Below, in pieces: positions 52,400-64,000 of a DNA stretch of 64,000 nt. Made by a program: the position numbers and the translations under genes. The stretch's first letter is position 1, and the number at the start of each line of letters is the position of its first letter. Location of the stretch: NCBI GenBank assembly GCA_013115125.1, contig JABANN010000014.1, positions 62,001-126,000 on the forward strand, read 5' to 3'. The notes below the pieces were generated by a model. It was not told where the DNA came from. It searched no databases and worked only from the letters and a program-made list of their open reading frames with translations. The stretch is from Perkinsus olseni. Taxonomy: Eukaryota.

Positions 52400-54800
52400 T
52401 TTTCTACAAAACTCGCGGTGCATCATACCACGGCAAAACAACACCTCCCTCTGGCGAAGAGTTTTAATTTAAAACTCTGTGCTGTATCTCGTGCTTTGAG
52501 TAGTGGTTTAAAGCTTCTAAACCACTACTCAAAGCACAAGATACAGCAAGGGTCTTCTTCCTCAGCTTGGGTGTCCAGTGTCGAATGGGGTGCCACGTCC
52601 ACAGTTACGAAGCGGAGGATCTGAGCACTGTAAATACAGCACCCAGCGGAACGCTCGGCATCCCTACCGTGGACCCCTGCTCAGAGTACGCTACTCTGTC
52701 CGTTTTAGGCCCCTTCATGTGCTTCACGAGCGATATGGCCATAGTGTGGAGGCCGGTGTCCACGCACCCCTTGAACGGGATGAAACGGTTAGATGTGGCA
52801 CTACGGAACGAAACCAACGGCCACGACACGTCCATGGGAGAGCTTGCTCTCAGACGAGTGAGAGACTGCCCGTACTCCTTGATAGCTCCCTCATGGAGAC
52901 CTCTCCCGATCACGAGAGAAGCGATCTCATCCCAACTGAGAGCTCCACTGCCATCCACATCTAGCTGATCGTACCTTAGGCACGAACATAATGAACCATA
53001 CTGATAGGACGACTGAACCCGGTGGAAATGGGATATTTTAGCGGAACCTTCTCCGACTAGTTCATAATGAAACGTTCTTTAGGAAGTGCTGAAAACTAAA
53101 AACCGGAGTCCGACTACCCGGGGTAGTCTACCCCTTTACATCGATTGGATACTAAATTATTAGAACACGAACAAGGGATCAATTTATCCGGATGCCAGTC
53201 GACGGATGGTGATATGCCACGCGGCCCTTGAATCGCCGCCAGGCTGAACTGGTGAAGTTCAATACCAACCGGGTCGAAACCCTTGCACTCCGATCTCTAT
53301 CGTGAATGCAGTGTCACCCGTTACACTTGACGCTCGTTAGAACATTGAGAACAATCTGCTCAATGAATGCCTAGGCCCTGGGCTACCGCAAGCACGGCTG
53401 ATCGAGTACCGCTTCACTAATCTTAGCCCAACCGATGCCGCTCTGACAAACAGAAAGGGGCTAGTGATGAGCCCGAAGGGTAACACTCAGTGTTGAAAGA
53501 TCTGGCTCTTCTCCCGTGAGCCTATGCGATGAACAATAGTAGCTTTCGGTCCTTCTCAGAGATGGCTACTAACCGGAACGCCTCTGCTACGTCGACCTCT
53601 ATCATCTGAGTCCCCTCGAGGCACTGGGAGCTGTAGGTGTCCATGTTGGTCTACGAAAACGCGGGCCACGTAGACGGTGAATGCCGAACGTCCCAGCTAG
53701 AACGATGATGACGGGCCCCACCATTTGACTCATCTCCCTCCACAAGTGAAGCAAACAGTCTTGTTGACCAGTTGGCGATGAACCCCTCCTTTGCGCATGC
53801 CTCCATGTCGATCATTCACAAGCAACCGCGAAAGCTTCGCGTTAGGGAGCTCGGAAGTTTAGCTCCCCGCCATAATGCTCTCAGTCTACAGTGTACACTC
53901 TACATGCATTGGCATGCCCCCCCTACCGGAGCTGCCCACTCTATTGCTAGCGCAGTGGTCTGTGAAGCCGCACTTTTGGCTGCGAATGCCGGGCCACCGA
54001 GGCCTGCGATCGTGCCAAGTAAGCAAAGTCGCCGCATGTCGAATGGTGCGTCGGATGATCATGCATGGAAATGTCAAATTCCTGCATATCAAACTATGTG
54101 ATCGAAATGTAGCCTTCACTTTCGGGCCGAAGAGCTTTACTCTCGCACACCCGCGATCAGCCCTCCAGGAAATTGACGTGCCCGGCCTGGCGTCCGAGGG
54201 AATAAGCAGAATCTACTTGCCATTGGAATCCATTACCCTTCCGCTCTCGAACGGGAAGTCACACCTTTCGATCTGTTCAACGAGCGAGGCTCTCACTACA
54301 AGATGATCATTTCGATGGCATCCCACGGTTTCTTACCAGCGGCTCAACTCCTGTACGAGGGTGAGTTCCTGGTCTTCTGAGAGTTCATCGGGGAGTGCGT
54401 CTCCATCCTCATCTCTGTTCATGCTCGCAAGCATGACACGAATGAAGTGCTCTAACGATGTTGCATTCCCAAGTCTGACACAAGGCGCAAAGGTTCGAAG
54501 TGACAATGAGCTTCCAGCGCATCGCCCATGAACGCGGCCGGTACCTCATTATATCGCTCTTCAATCTGGCTAAACCACGCTTCCCCATTCTCGAAAACCG
54601 CCACTTGACCATAGCACCAGCGTCCTTAGGCGAGGCGACAACCATGGCATGGAGGTAGCTGCCACTTTTCGACGATCTGGAGTCAAAAAAGAAGTCCAGT
54701 CTGGGGTTTCGTCCACTTGTTGGAGTCTACTTTTCTCAATCCGCATCCCCAAATCCCGATTCGAATGCGCAGTACTTCCTGTGTGACCCACTCAACTCAG
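52400..54800 (-). mobile_element. Decayed reverse-transcriptase retroelement (DIRS-like or Ty3-like); boundaries approximate
   Basis: Minus strand 53605-53400 reads MIEVDVAEAFRLVAISEKDRKLLLF and then IFQH*VLPFGLITSPFLFVR (RT motifs A and B), with stops and frameshifts. Confidence 0.75.
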
Positions 54801-55201
54801 AGCGCGAAAATTTTGGACTGAAATAGAATCATACAAAAGTCCTTTGTGACGCCGTGGTTAAAAACTTCACCAAAAAAAATCCGCTGTGAGCGAAGCGGAG
54901 ACCATAGTAATAGCTAATGTATCGCTACACTCCAGAGCATTCAACGGGCCCGCATATTCCCTTGAAGGGTGGCACCGCTGCTTTGGGACGGCTCGGGAGC
55001 AATCGTACCTACCAAGCAATCCTGAGGACCGAATTCTCCTAAAGGGTAGTGAGACGGTCTGCACAGCCGAGCACCTTACCAGCCCCGTTGATTCCTAGGC
55101 GTGGCTGCTGCCTGAATGTTGTCTGCGACGGACCAACAATGCCACCACGGATAGTCGACCAACTGAGAGTGGCTGGTTGCTTACTTCCCCCAATGACTTC
55201 A

Positions 55202-56170
55202 CTACCTCCCATCGACACCCTCGGCCCTAGTACCCCAGAGCAGCCGCGGGTCCTCTTCAAATCTCAGCGGAACGATCCCAGTGTACAGCGTCTGTAGCCG
55301 GACTTCAGATGCCACACCACAACCGGCCTCGACATCAGCCAGCAAAGAGTGCCGCGCTGTGTCGTTGTTGAGCCTAACTCGGCCACCAGTGGGGGATACC
55401 GAGGCTGCTGCTGCTGCTGTGGCCGACCCACGCAGGAAGGCGTCGAGTTCCCAGAACACAAGGAACGGCGAATTAAGGACCACAGCCGGGACGGTCAATG
55501 CATAATGATAGAGAAGCCATATGATGGTCGTGACACCAACTCCGTAGACAACATCCAAAGTGTAGTGGAAATGTGTACAAATGATGACGAGGAGTGAGAA
55601 GGCTCCGAAGCCGACACCCAAGAGTCTTTCCTGCCACGTCCTAGTGTACGTGGACCATACCAAAATCGACAGAGTAATTGGTATCGAGTGACCCGAATAG
55701 AAGACGTCTGCACAGGTGTGAGCGAGGCCGAAAGGCATCAACATTACAGACCAGAAGGGGCTCCCTTCTACCAAACGCGGCATGCACATTGGGTCGGGAT
55801 TCGGCAACATCGTCACTGGCACACACAGCGCCCGGCCAAGGTACGAGGCTGAGCTCAGCAACAGCGCTCTTTTGATTATAATAGCAGCACGACTCGGCTT
55901 GAAGGCGAAAAAGAGGCGACCAATAGCGAAGAGCATACAAAGCAGCATGCACGTGTCCGGGAGGCTGAACCCAAGGCCATCGCTAGAGTAGTGTGGTAGC
56001 AGATCAAAACCCAAGTCAGGCAAGACAGTAGGATTGACCACTAGTCCTGTTTGAGGGTCTCGAGGCCAGTAGTAGTCGGCCCTATATTGGGCCCACACGT
56101 TTACTACCGAGTTTATCATCATGCCAAGGGCCCATGCTCCTACTGCAGGTAGCAAGCGACTGGACACCAT
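55202..56170 (-). CDS. Sphingomyelin/EPC/IPC synthase family protein, paralog 1, intronless
   Basis: LPDLGFDLLP, TMLPNP, TCADVFYSGH (D3), HFHYTLDV (D4); about six TM segments. Confidence 0.92.
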   Translation of the reverse strand: MVSSRLLPAVGAWALGMMINSVVNVWAQYRADYYWPRDPQTGLVVNPTVLPDLGFDLLPHYSSDGLGFSLPDTCMLLCMLFAIGRLFFAFKPSRAAIIIKRALLLSSASYLGRALCVPVTMLPNPDPMCMPRLVEGSPFWSVMLMPFGLAHTCADVFYSGHSIPITLSILVWSTYTRTWQERLLGVGFGAFSLLVIICTHFHYTLDVVYGVGVTTIIWLLYHYALTVPAVVLNSPFLVFWELDAFLRGSATAAAAASVSPTGGRVRLNNDTARHSLLADVEAGCGVASEVRLQTLYTGIVPLRFEEDPRLLWGTRAEGVDGR

Positions 56171-56540
56171 CGTCCAGCAATGGTACTGTAGACAACAACA
56201 ACCCTACTGGAGAAGAACCCTACACGAAGCAGAAGCCCATCCCCTCTTGACAAGCAATCCGATGATCCAGGCGAAGGAAACGGTGTCTAAGGAATGGGTA
56301 GTACTGAATGCCAGAGGCAGCAACCATTGGGGAGGCCAAAACGATCCAAAAACGAATACACTGACAACAGACACGAAGGCGGAACACCTGTAATGATACA
56401 ACTAGATGCAAACTACTGTATGATGCACTACGTCGATCACATGAGCTTGGAACTTGGTTGACTAATCCGCCGTCAAGAGAGGCGTAACTACCAGATACTC
56501 AGGGGCCCAGGACTAGAACTGCGGACAGGCCGCAAAGACG

Positions 56541-57551
56541 TCAGGGCAGGCTCCGATAGCCACCGTCAGGCTTCTCTGCTACTCGTAAACCCCAGAGGAT
56601 CCGAGGGTCCTCCGAGAAGTTCAAATTGATAACGCCGAGAGCAGCCACATCGCCGGCAGGAATGGCCTTATCCTCAGCTGACGGAAGGCTGCTCTCCTCA
56701 GTAGTTGACTGCGTGACGAGCACTGGAGCCGAGTCCTCACATAACTGAACGTGCATATTCAAGTTGGGGATGTAGACGGTCTTGTGCCGGGCATTCAGCG
56801 GCACTACAGGGAAAGCATCGTACTCCCAGAACATCATAAACCGCGAGTTGAGCATCACTGCCGGGACCTTCATAGCGTAGTGGTACAGACGCCATGCAGC
56901 GAAGGTGATCACCACGCCGTAGACGACATCTATCGTATAATGGAAGTGAGTGGCGATGATTATCGTCAAAGTAAGCAGACCCCAAACGAGCCCGAAAAGC
57001 CTCGAGGCCATCGATGAGGAGTAGTCCCACCAAACCATGGTGGCAAGGGTTACTGAAATGGAATGGCCCGAGTAGAAGACATCAGCACAGGTGTGAGCCA
57101 ATCCGAAAGGGACCAAGAGGATTGACAACAGCGGGTAGTTCCAGTCGAGGACCGCCTTACAACTACCATCAGGATTGGGTAGCTGAGTCATAGGAACACT
57201 GAGGGCTCTTCCAGTGTAGCCAATCGCCCCCAGTAGCAATGTACGTTTAAGGACAATAGTGCCTTGGTCGAAACCGAATTTCACGAATATCATTATGGCC
57301 GCTCCGAGTACGCAAAGAGTCATGCACACGTCGGGTATACGGACGCCTTGGTAATCACTTGATATATATGGCAGCAACTCAAAGCCTAGGTCAGGCAGCG
57401 GCGTTGACGGCTGGACTAATGAGCCAGTGAGATGGTCCCTGGGCCAGTACCTGTCTGCCCTATACTGCGCCCAAACATCCACTGCACAGTTCAGCATGAG
57501 CGCCGCTACGCATGCTCCTCCTGCTGCCAGTAGACGGCAAAATGACATCAT
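56541..57551 (-). CDS. Sphingomyelin/EPC/IPC synthase family protein, paralog 2, intronless
   Basis: PLPDLGFELLP, TQLPNP, TCADVFYSGH, HFHYTIDV; first ATG at 57551. Confidence 0.92.
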   Translation of the reverse strand: MMSFCRLLAAGGACVAALMLNCAVDVWAQYRADRYWPRDHLTGSLVQPSTPLPDLGFELLPYISSDYQGVRIPDVCMTLCVLGAAIMIFVKFGFDQGTIVLKRTLLLGAIGYTGRALSVPMTQLPNPDGSCKAVLDWNYPLLSILLVPFGLAHTCADVFYSGHSISVTLATMVWWDYSSSMASRLFGLVWGLLTLTIIIATHFHYTIDVVYGVVITFAAWRLYHYAMKVPAVMLNSRFMMFWEYDAFPVVPLNARHKTVYIPNLNMHVQLCEDSAPVLVTQSTTEESSLPSAEDKAIPAGDVAALGVINLNFSEDPRILWGLRVAEKPDGGYRSLP

Positions 57552-57841
57552 TGAGACAGGCTCAAAGGGGGAGCCAACGGGCTGATACAAACTGAAACGA
57601 TGACCGATACTGCATGTACCTCCTCTGTCGTAACTACAACATAACCTAGCACGGTTTGTGTTGGATCAATAGAGAAGTGCTACTTTACGGATACCAAATG
57701 TTGCAGCAGGTTGGGGTAGTTATCATCATGTAGTCAGGGAATTAATACAAGACATTTCAACGGCCTGTGATAGTTTATAATTTTGGCTAGACTCGCAAGC
57801 CTGATCGACCCGCTTCGCCGTATTACCACCGCTCGGATACT

Positions 57842-58852
57842 TCAAATAGCCTTGTATCCGTGATGATGACGATTACGCTGCTCACGGTGGTCACTCTCAT
57901 CACAGGCCACTCTAGCCCAGATAATGCGCGGTTCTTCACACAACTTCCACGATACCACCTCGGCTGGGGACACCAGTTGCAGGCAAACAGGCTTATGGCC
58001 CTTCTCAATGTCAATCAGTAACAAGTCATGACGAGAATCACCGGCGAGCTGGGCAGGCATGCTCAGGGGTGTGGTACTGGACTCTGAGGTATCCGCATCG
58101 TCAGTATCTTCCATGAACGCATCGGCCTCCCAGAACATGTAGATCTTGGAGTTGAGCACAACTGCTGGTACTGTGAGACCAAAGTGGTAAAGACGCCATA
58201 TAATTACAGTCAGCCCAACGCCATAGAGAACGTCTAAAGTATAATGGAAATGAGTACACAGGATGACCAGCAGTGCTACAACGCTAAGCAGAGAGCCGCA
58301 GACCTTCTCCCGTCGAGAGGGGGCGTAGTCTATCCAGAACATCATACTCAGCGTGATTGGTATTGAATGTCCCGAATAGAAGACATCAGCACAGGTGTGG
58401 GAGAGGCCGAAAGGCATCAACATCACAGACCAGAACATGCTGCCATCGACAAGTCGAGGGACACAGCGCATATCAGGACTGGGGAGCATGGTGATCGGCA
58501 CTGAGATGGCCCGACCCAGGTAGGCCACTGAGCTGAGGAGGAGGACTCTTTTCAGAACAATGAAAGGGTGCCCTGGCTTGGAACCAACGAAGGCTCGTAT
58601 GACGGCGATAAGCATAATGACGTTCATTGAGACGTCGGCCAGACTGAAGCCAAAGATATCATTTGGAACATAGGGTAAGAATTGGAAGCCCAGGTCGGGC
58701 AGCACCACAGGGTCCCTAATCGTCCCAGTGGTCGGGTCTCGGGGCCACGTCCTGGCAGCTCGGTACTCCGCCCAGACATTCACCACAGAGTTCAGCATCA
58801 TGGCCACGACCCACACCGCTATCGCGGGATAAATACGGTTTGATGGAGGCAA
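57842..58852 (-). CDS. Sphingomyelin/EPC/IPC synthase family protein, paralog 3, intronless; TTG at the expected start
   Basis: LPDLGFQFLP, TMLPSP, TCADVFYSGH, HFHYTLDV. Confidence 0.88.
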   Translation of the reverse strand: MPPSNRIYPAIAVWVVAMMLNSVVNVWAEYRAARTWPRDPTTGTIRDPVVLPDLGFQFLPYVPNDIFGFSLADVSMNVIMLIAVIRAFVGSKPGHPFIVLKRVLLLSSVAYLGRAISVPITMLPSPDMRCVPRLVDGSMFWSVMLMPFGLSHTCADVFYSGHSIPITLSMMFWIDYAPSRREKVCGSLLSVVALLVILCTHFHYTLDVLYGVGLTVIIWRLYHFGLTVPAVVLNSKIYMFWEADAFMEDTDDADTSESSTTPLSMPAQLAGDSRHDLLLIDIEKGHKPVCLQLVSPAEVVSWKLCEEPRIIWARVACDESDHREQRNRHHHGYKAI

Positions 58853-59335
58853 CTTGGGTAGGGATTAAAAAACAAACTGATGATCAGGGCCGTGACGAGA
58901 GATGGTTAAAACTACATAAGGAGCGGGATGGACCGTGATGTTGTGGGAAGGTTTTAGAAAGGCGACCGAAGAGAGGAGAAGAACGGTGGCTCACGTCATC
59001 AGCCGACAGTCTATTCGAGTGTGACGCAACAGCACCACCAGAGAAGGTCGCAGGTTCAAACCGCGGCAAGGGCATTCTCTGTTAAAGTTTCAGGCCGCAT
59101 ATCGCGTTGAATGTAGCAGGACATCGTAGGGACAGCCCGAAGGACTACTAAAGCTAGCAGTAGTCGTGGGGCATGGAGTAGCAACAACCTGAGTAGTTGT
59201 CGGTGGCACTCAACTCACTCTCATGGACCTCGATGGTGTTAACCTATGGAAAACAACGGCGGGCTAGTGCCAGGGGCAGAGGGAGAGGCGCGAACAGCAC
59301 CCTGGGCAGTTCACCTCAATATTTGTCCAGTCTGA

Positions 59336-60461
59336 ATGGCACCAATGCGTAAGGAGCTGTCAGTGGTCGTCCCGACCTACAACGAGGTGGAGAATATTCG
59401 CCCTCTGTGCGAAAGGCTATTCAAGGCTTGCCGTGAGGCTGGCCTCACAATAGAGCTTCTCCTTATGGATGATGAAAGTGCTGGATCTGAGGAGACCAGG
59501 AAGATCGTCAATGTTCTATCTAATGAAGGCTACAGTATTAGGATGCATTGCCGTAAAACGGAGGAGGTAGGAAGAATCTTGAAGTCGAATATTGCTTGAC
59601 ACGAGTAAAAGGATTCAGGGACGCGGTCTCTCTTCCGCCGTACTACTGGGTTTTGAAATGGCCAAGTACGACACTATGGTATGCATGGACGCTGATCTCC
59701 AGCATGAGCCTGAGTCTGTTGCTGCTGTAGCAGATCCAGTTCTCAGGGGAGAGGCTGAGTTCACTGTGGGCTCCAGGTAGCGCACTAGGGCCTGGCCCTG
59801 CTTTGATGGTCTCCCTATTAGGTACTGCCGTGACGGTGGCATTGGATTCCACTGGTCTCTCATACGACGTATCATATCCGAGGGGGCTACCTTCCTAGCC
59901 ATTGGAGTGTCCAAGTCGAGTGACCCTATGTCCGGGTTCTTCTGCACGACTAAGGAGGTCTTCAACCGTGGGAAGGATAAGTAATAGTTCATCACCGAGC
60001 ACCTCTATCACTATCACTATACGTGGATCGCAGGCAGGCGGTATGTGTACATGTGAATGTGTGAAAACTGTCCAGGTGCAATCCAATCGGCTTCAAGATC
60101 GGACTGGAGTTGATGGTCCGTTGCAAGGCCAACCCAGTCGTAGATGTCCCAATCACCTTCCAGGAGAGAGTTGCTGGCGAATCCAAACTCTCTATGAAGC
60201 AAAATGTAAGTCTCTCCGCGCCGTTTGAACCACACCCGGGCATCTCCCACCATTTTGCGGATTGAGCCACGCTTCTCGCGTTGGGTTTTAGTGGCCCCAT
60301 TCAGCTCGACAGTAGGGCCTCTTGCTTACCACCTCTCACAGGTGCAGTACGTGGAACAGCTGGCGAGTCTATATTTTGAGAAGTACTTTCTATTCATCCT
60401 ACTCCTGCCGCTCATCATCATATTCACATTAGCCTACCTGAAGGGCTCCATCCAGTGGTAG
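59336..60461 (+). CDS. DPM1: Dolichol-phosphate mannosyltransferase (GT2) with C-terminal TM, multi-exon
   Basis: SVVVPTYNEVENI, MDDES, RGLSSAVLLGF, MDADLQHEPE, GSRY, DPMSGFF, GFKIGLEL, PITFQERVAGESKL; hydrophobic tail FLFILLLPLIIIFTLAYL. Confidence 0.9.
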
Positions 60462-60616
60462 TTAGCACGTCGCAGGAGACCAACACTTGAGCTGTTTTTT
60501 CCACCTCTACTTCAAGCCTAGTGTTGTGCAGTGCTTGTCAATAGGGGACAGAAGGGCCTCGTAGAGGAAGAGAGCAGAACGGAGGCATGCAGACGTTAGT
60601 TTAATTTTTGGCTTCC

Positions 60617-63600
60617 ATGCCCGGCGCTGCTTCACAAGATCGAATCGATGAGGTAAAGGCCAAAGTGAAAGAGGTAGTGAAGGGGCGGTTGAATGTGGGA
60701 ATTGATAAAGCTTCTGATCGACACTTTAGGAGTCCGCGGAAGTAGTATGGCGTAAGAAACTCCGAGATCGCTTACGGGAGGCCCGTAAGGGGGTTGATGG
60801 TGTGGAAGTCACTAAACAGGCTCTCAGTGCTCGGGATAAAAGTAGGACTAATACGACGAGGATCGGGATGGGAGGCGGTTGTGGTGGACAACAGGCATTA
60901 CGAAGATCGCAAAGTTGCTGAACCGTCTCCGCAGGCTGTCTGGTGAGCCTTCGTCTGATGGTACAATCTCTGAGATGAAGAAGCTCAACGTGACTATGTA
61001 GCAGTGGTCGGATAGGAAAGGGTCGAGGGGATCTGGTAGTGGTATCAGGTACTCCAGCGAGTTGGCATCGGCGTTGTCAGACGGTACATCATCGATGAAG
61101 GTGAAGGATGTCCACAAGACAGTGAGTCAGCTGCTAGCCGTTTTATCTGCCTAGCGCTGTGCTGGCTTCTCCTTGGCGTTGGAAAAAATCGTTCATTCCT
61201 TTGCTTCGATCGACGGGGTCCATCGCATGTTCTACTTTCCTCACTCTGCTGGAGCGTATTCCCTGGGGTTTGCAGCTGTCCCTCCCCTTCGGAAGCCTCT
61301 TCCGTGATCAGGTGGAGGTTATTACGGAGCTAATCTGTACCTATGGGGTGGACATGGGCCGACATATCATGCTGGAGTTCGTGAAGCAGTTCGAAGCGTC
61401 CATCGGGGAGCTCTCTCGCCGCAGGGTTCTTTCAAGGATTGTTACGGAGATGGTAGTAGCAGCATCCAACATCATCTTTAGAGGGTTGGGAATCTCGCTC
61501 CTAGACGGCGGTGGCCTACCCCTCCTCTGTTCTTAGGTTCTCACGAACTGTACTGGTGATGATAATACAGAAGCATTAGATATGCTACAGACTGTAGTTA
61601 AGGGGATGTTGGTCGGAAATAAAGGACAGTCCACACAAACTCAAGTCCTCCTTCAAGATGTTACGGCACTACATAGCTGGCTCAACAAGTACTCATCTCA
61701 ACTGGTTCTTAACTGGTAGTAGGAGAAGGAGCTCGATTGGGCAGGTATCATCTGTGTGCGTTGAACTGCCCTGGGGAGAGCCACGAGGCTCTGTTGAAGG
61801 AGGCCGGCTTGGAGGGCCCTGACTACACCGATTGCCGCTTGGACTCAGCGATAAGTAGTACTGACGATTGTTTTTCCGACATGGAACATTCAGCTGTCTT
61901 ACTGTAGTTCTTGCGATAATGTCGTCGTTTAGGTGATGCTCTAGTGAAAGCCATCAGCAACTTCTACAGCAATTTCGCCGTTCCCCAGCTCTATCCGGTG
62001 GCCCATGAGCAAATGGTGGCACAGGAAGAGTTCAACACTCGTATGAGGGTGGACAAGGGAACGGTTGATGCGGAGAATGCTAGCAAGTAGCCTGGCAGTG
62101 GTGGAACTGGGGTTCGATTACACAACGTGGGTGCCCCTCGACGATAGGTACTCTTCTCTGGCGACGGCGTTTGAGAAGCTGTCTACTCAGCTGAAGTCGG
62201 TGGCAGAGATTCTGGACTTACCACCACCGAAGCTGCCGGGTGAAGGTAATATGAGTGATGGCGCTTCAGTGAGGTACATGGTATTCGTATTAGAGTCTGA
62301 GTCGAAGACACGGTTGACTGGTCCTTCACAAGAGGCCAGCAAGAAGGAGGATGGTGGTGGCCTTAGCGAACAGGAGCGTATGCTGCAGCTCCTATGGTAG
62401 TCTAAGTGGGCTCCTGCCGTTGGGATGCCCGCGAGCTTGCATGATGTCAGGGTTGACGATTCGGACAGATCCTTCTATGAGGACCTCTACGATTTGGAGG
62501 CCCGTCTACCACCAGTGCTGCTGCGGGATGTTCCAAAAGCAGATGCTGATGCTGAGACGACTGCCAAGGGTACTGTTCGGGGTCTTGGAGTCAGGGTGGC
62601 GGCCCTGATCTATGACGGAGTGCCACCGAGGATCGATTGCGTTCATCGAAGTCCTCGCCGGTTGGGGGCGACAGTGCAACACCATAGTGGAATGCCAGCA
62701 TGTGACTTGGCCATATGGGTGCTTCGACCTTGATATAGCTCAATGACGGTGTTATCTCTGGATGCGCTTTGTAGGAGGGACCACTGCAGCGAGCGCCGCC
62801 TTCGACGTATGGCTGGACAACCTGCGGACTTGCGAGAGGAGGGATACGGCAGACGAGCTCAGTCAGAAGTGGTTCGAGGAGGGCCTCAATACTAAGCAGA
62901 ATAGGAGGAAGTTGGCGAGGTTTATACTCAACCCGAGGGATAAGGTGGAGTGAAAACAGCAGTGGCCTCGGATAGAACCTGGGTCATTTGCCTAGGCAAG
63001 AGGAACAGTGCCGCCTGAATGGTTACGTGTCGTAGCGAATATTGCCCCATGGGCTAAGGACCTAGTGGATGCGGTAATAACAAAATGGCGAGGGTCAGGG
63101 CGTCGCCCAATCCGCCTGGGAGGGGTTCAATGACGCTTTCGCGCTGTACTCGAGACTTGAGCTATCCCGCATTCGCCTGGAGTGATAGGCTTGCTGAAGT
63201 GGGTCCTCTCAGCTCGCCTCTCAAGCACTGAAAAGGCTCGATGAGGCTCTGGCCAAGAACGAAACGGATAGGGTCGGGGAGCAGATGGTGTGCTTGAGGC
63301 TACTGGCCCAGATGTGCAAGTTCAGGCTGGTCCCTCCGGGTGAGTTGGTCGGGGTTATCAGGCGATGAGAAGCTTCCCTTCAGGAGCCGTCATGGACTTT
63401 TTCAAGCGTCTGATGGATGGCGGGCATCTTGCCAACGACCATTGGGCTGAAATGGCTAGTCAGCTGTGCCTTTCCTGCGGAAGGTAGTCTAGCGAGCGTC
63501 AGTACAGTAGCGGAGAGAATGGCCGTCTAATGCGCCGTGAAGCTGAAGGGATGCTTGCAACTCCTCCCGTTGGCAGGTACCTCCTCTACAAACCGGACAC

Positions 63601-64000
63601 GGCCACGCGGATGGACAATTTAGTAGAGCGGATGTGGAAGCTGAAGAACAGGTGAGAGAAGGCTCAGGTGCATCTCAGTGGGCTGCAGTCTTGTCGGTCC
63701 TCAGCGCGACCCAGGCTCTCACTGCCAGCGCTGACGTATCCCTAGAGGATGCCTACTTCCATATGAAGCCCCGCAAGACGAGGTTTGGTGTGAAGGGAGG
63801 CGATCAGGACCGGCCGATAATGGAGCGGTAGTTTTGACTGGATGAACGCCTTTCCGATGGACAGCGCCTTGTTGCTGAGGTTACACTGGTGTTAGGTTAA
63901 TACGGAAGTTCATCTTCCAAGATATTTATATCATGGACGAAGACGAGGGACTTCGGTTAGCGAGGAAGTTGCCATGGGAACATCATGTCATCGAGGAGAG
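60617..64000 (+). CDS. UPF2: Regulator of nonsense transcripts 2 (MIF4G domains), multi-exon, runs off the window
   Basis: KKLNVTMYSSELASAL..KVKDV; DRSFYEDLYDLEARLP; RDTADELSQKW...NTKQNRRKLARF; QMCKFRLVP; CGRYLLYKPDT. Confidence 0.85.

Noticed and set aside
59040..59075. tRNA T-loop/B-box-like GGTCGCAGGTTCAAACC
   Set aside because: T-stem does not pair and no cloverleaf could be built upstream

Overview
Gene-dense eukaryotic DNA (roughly balanced GC, many 40-70 nt GT-AG introns, short intergenic spacers). The style resembles a perkinsid alveolate (Perkinsus-like); this is inference from gene structure only. Recognisable genes, in order: an OCA2/P-protein-type transporter (partial), a DLRxSHF-repeat ciliary protein, LST8, SDA1, a 2OG-Fe(II) oxygenase, two cystathionine gamma-lyase/synthase-family paralogs (one frameshifted), two DCAF8-like WD40 paralogs, a syntaxin, a TMEM147-like protein, CFAP58, DUS2, a disrupted WD40 gene, three intronless sphingomyelin-synthase-family genes, DPM1 and UPF2 (partial). 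Accessory DNA includes a gag-like relic, a decayed reverse-transcriptase element, a 1.2 kb insertion with a target-site duplication, and lineage-specific secreted proteins. The best candidate for a system is the triple sphingolipid synthase array lying head-to-head with DPM1. Other notable points are gene-conversion mosaics in both tandem pairs, two paralogs with near-cognate codons where ATG is expected, a candidate 49-aa mitochondrial microprotein and a spliced-leader-like 14-mer. Exon boundaries were read by eye, and multi-exon features are given as gene spans.
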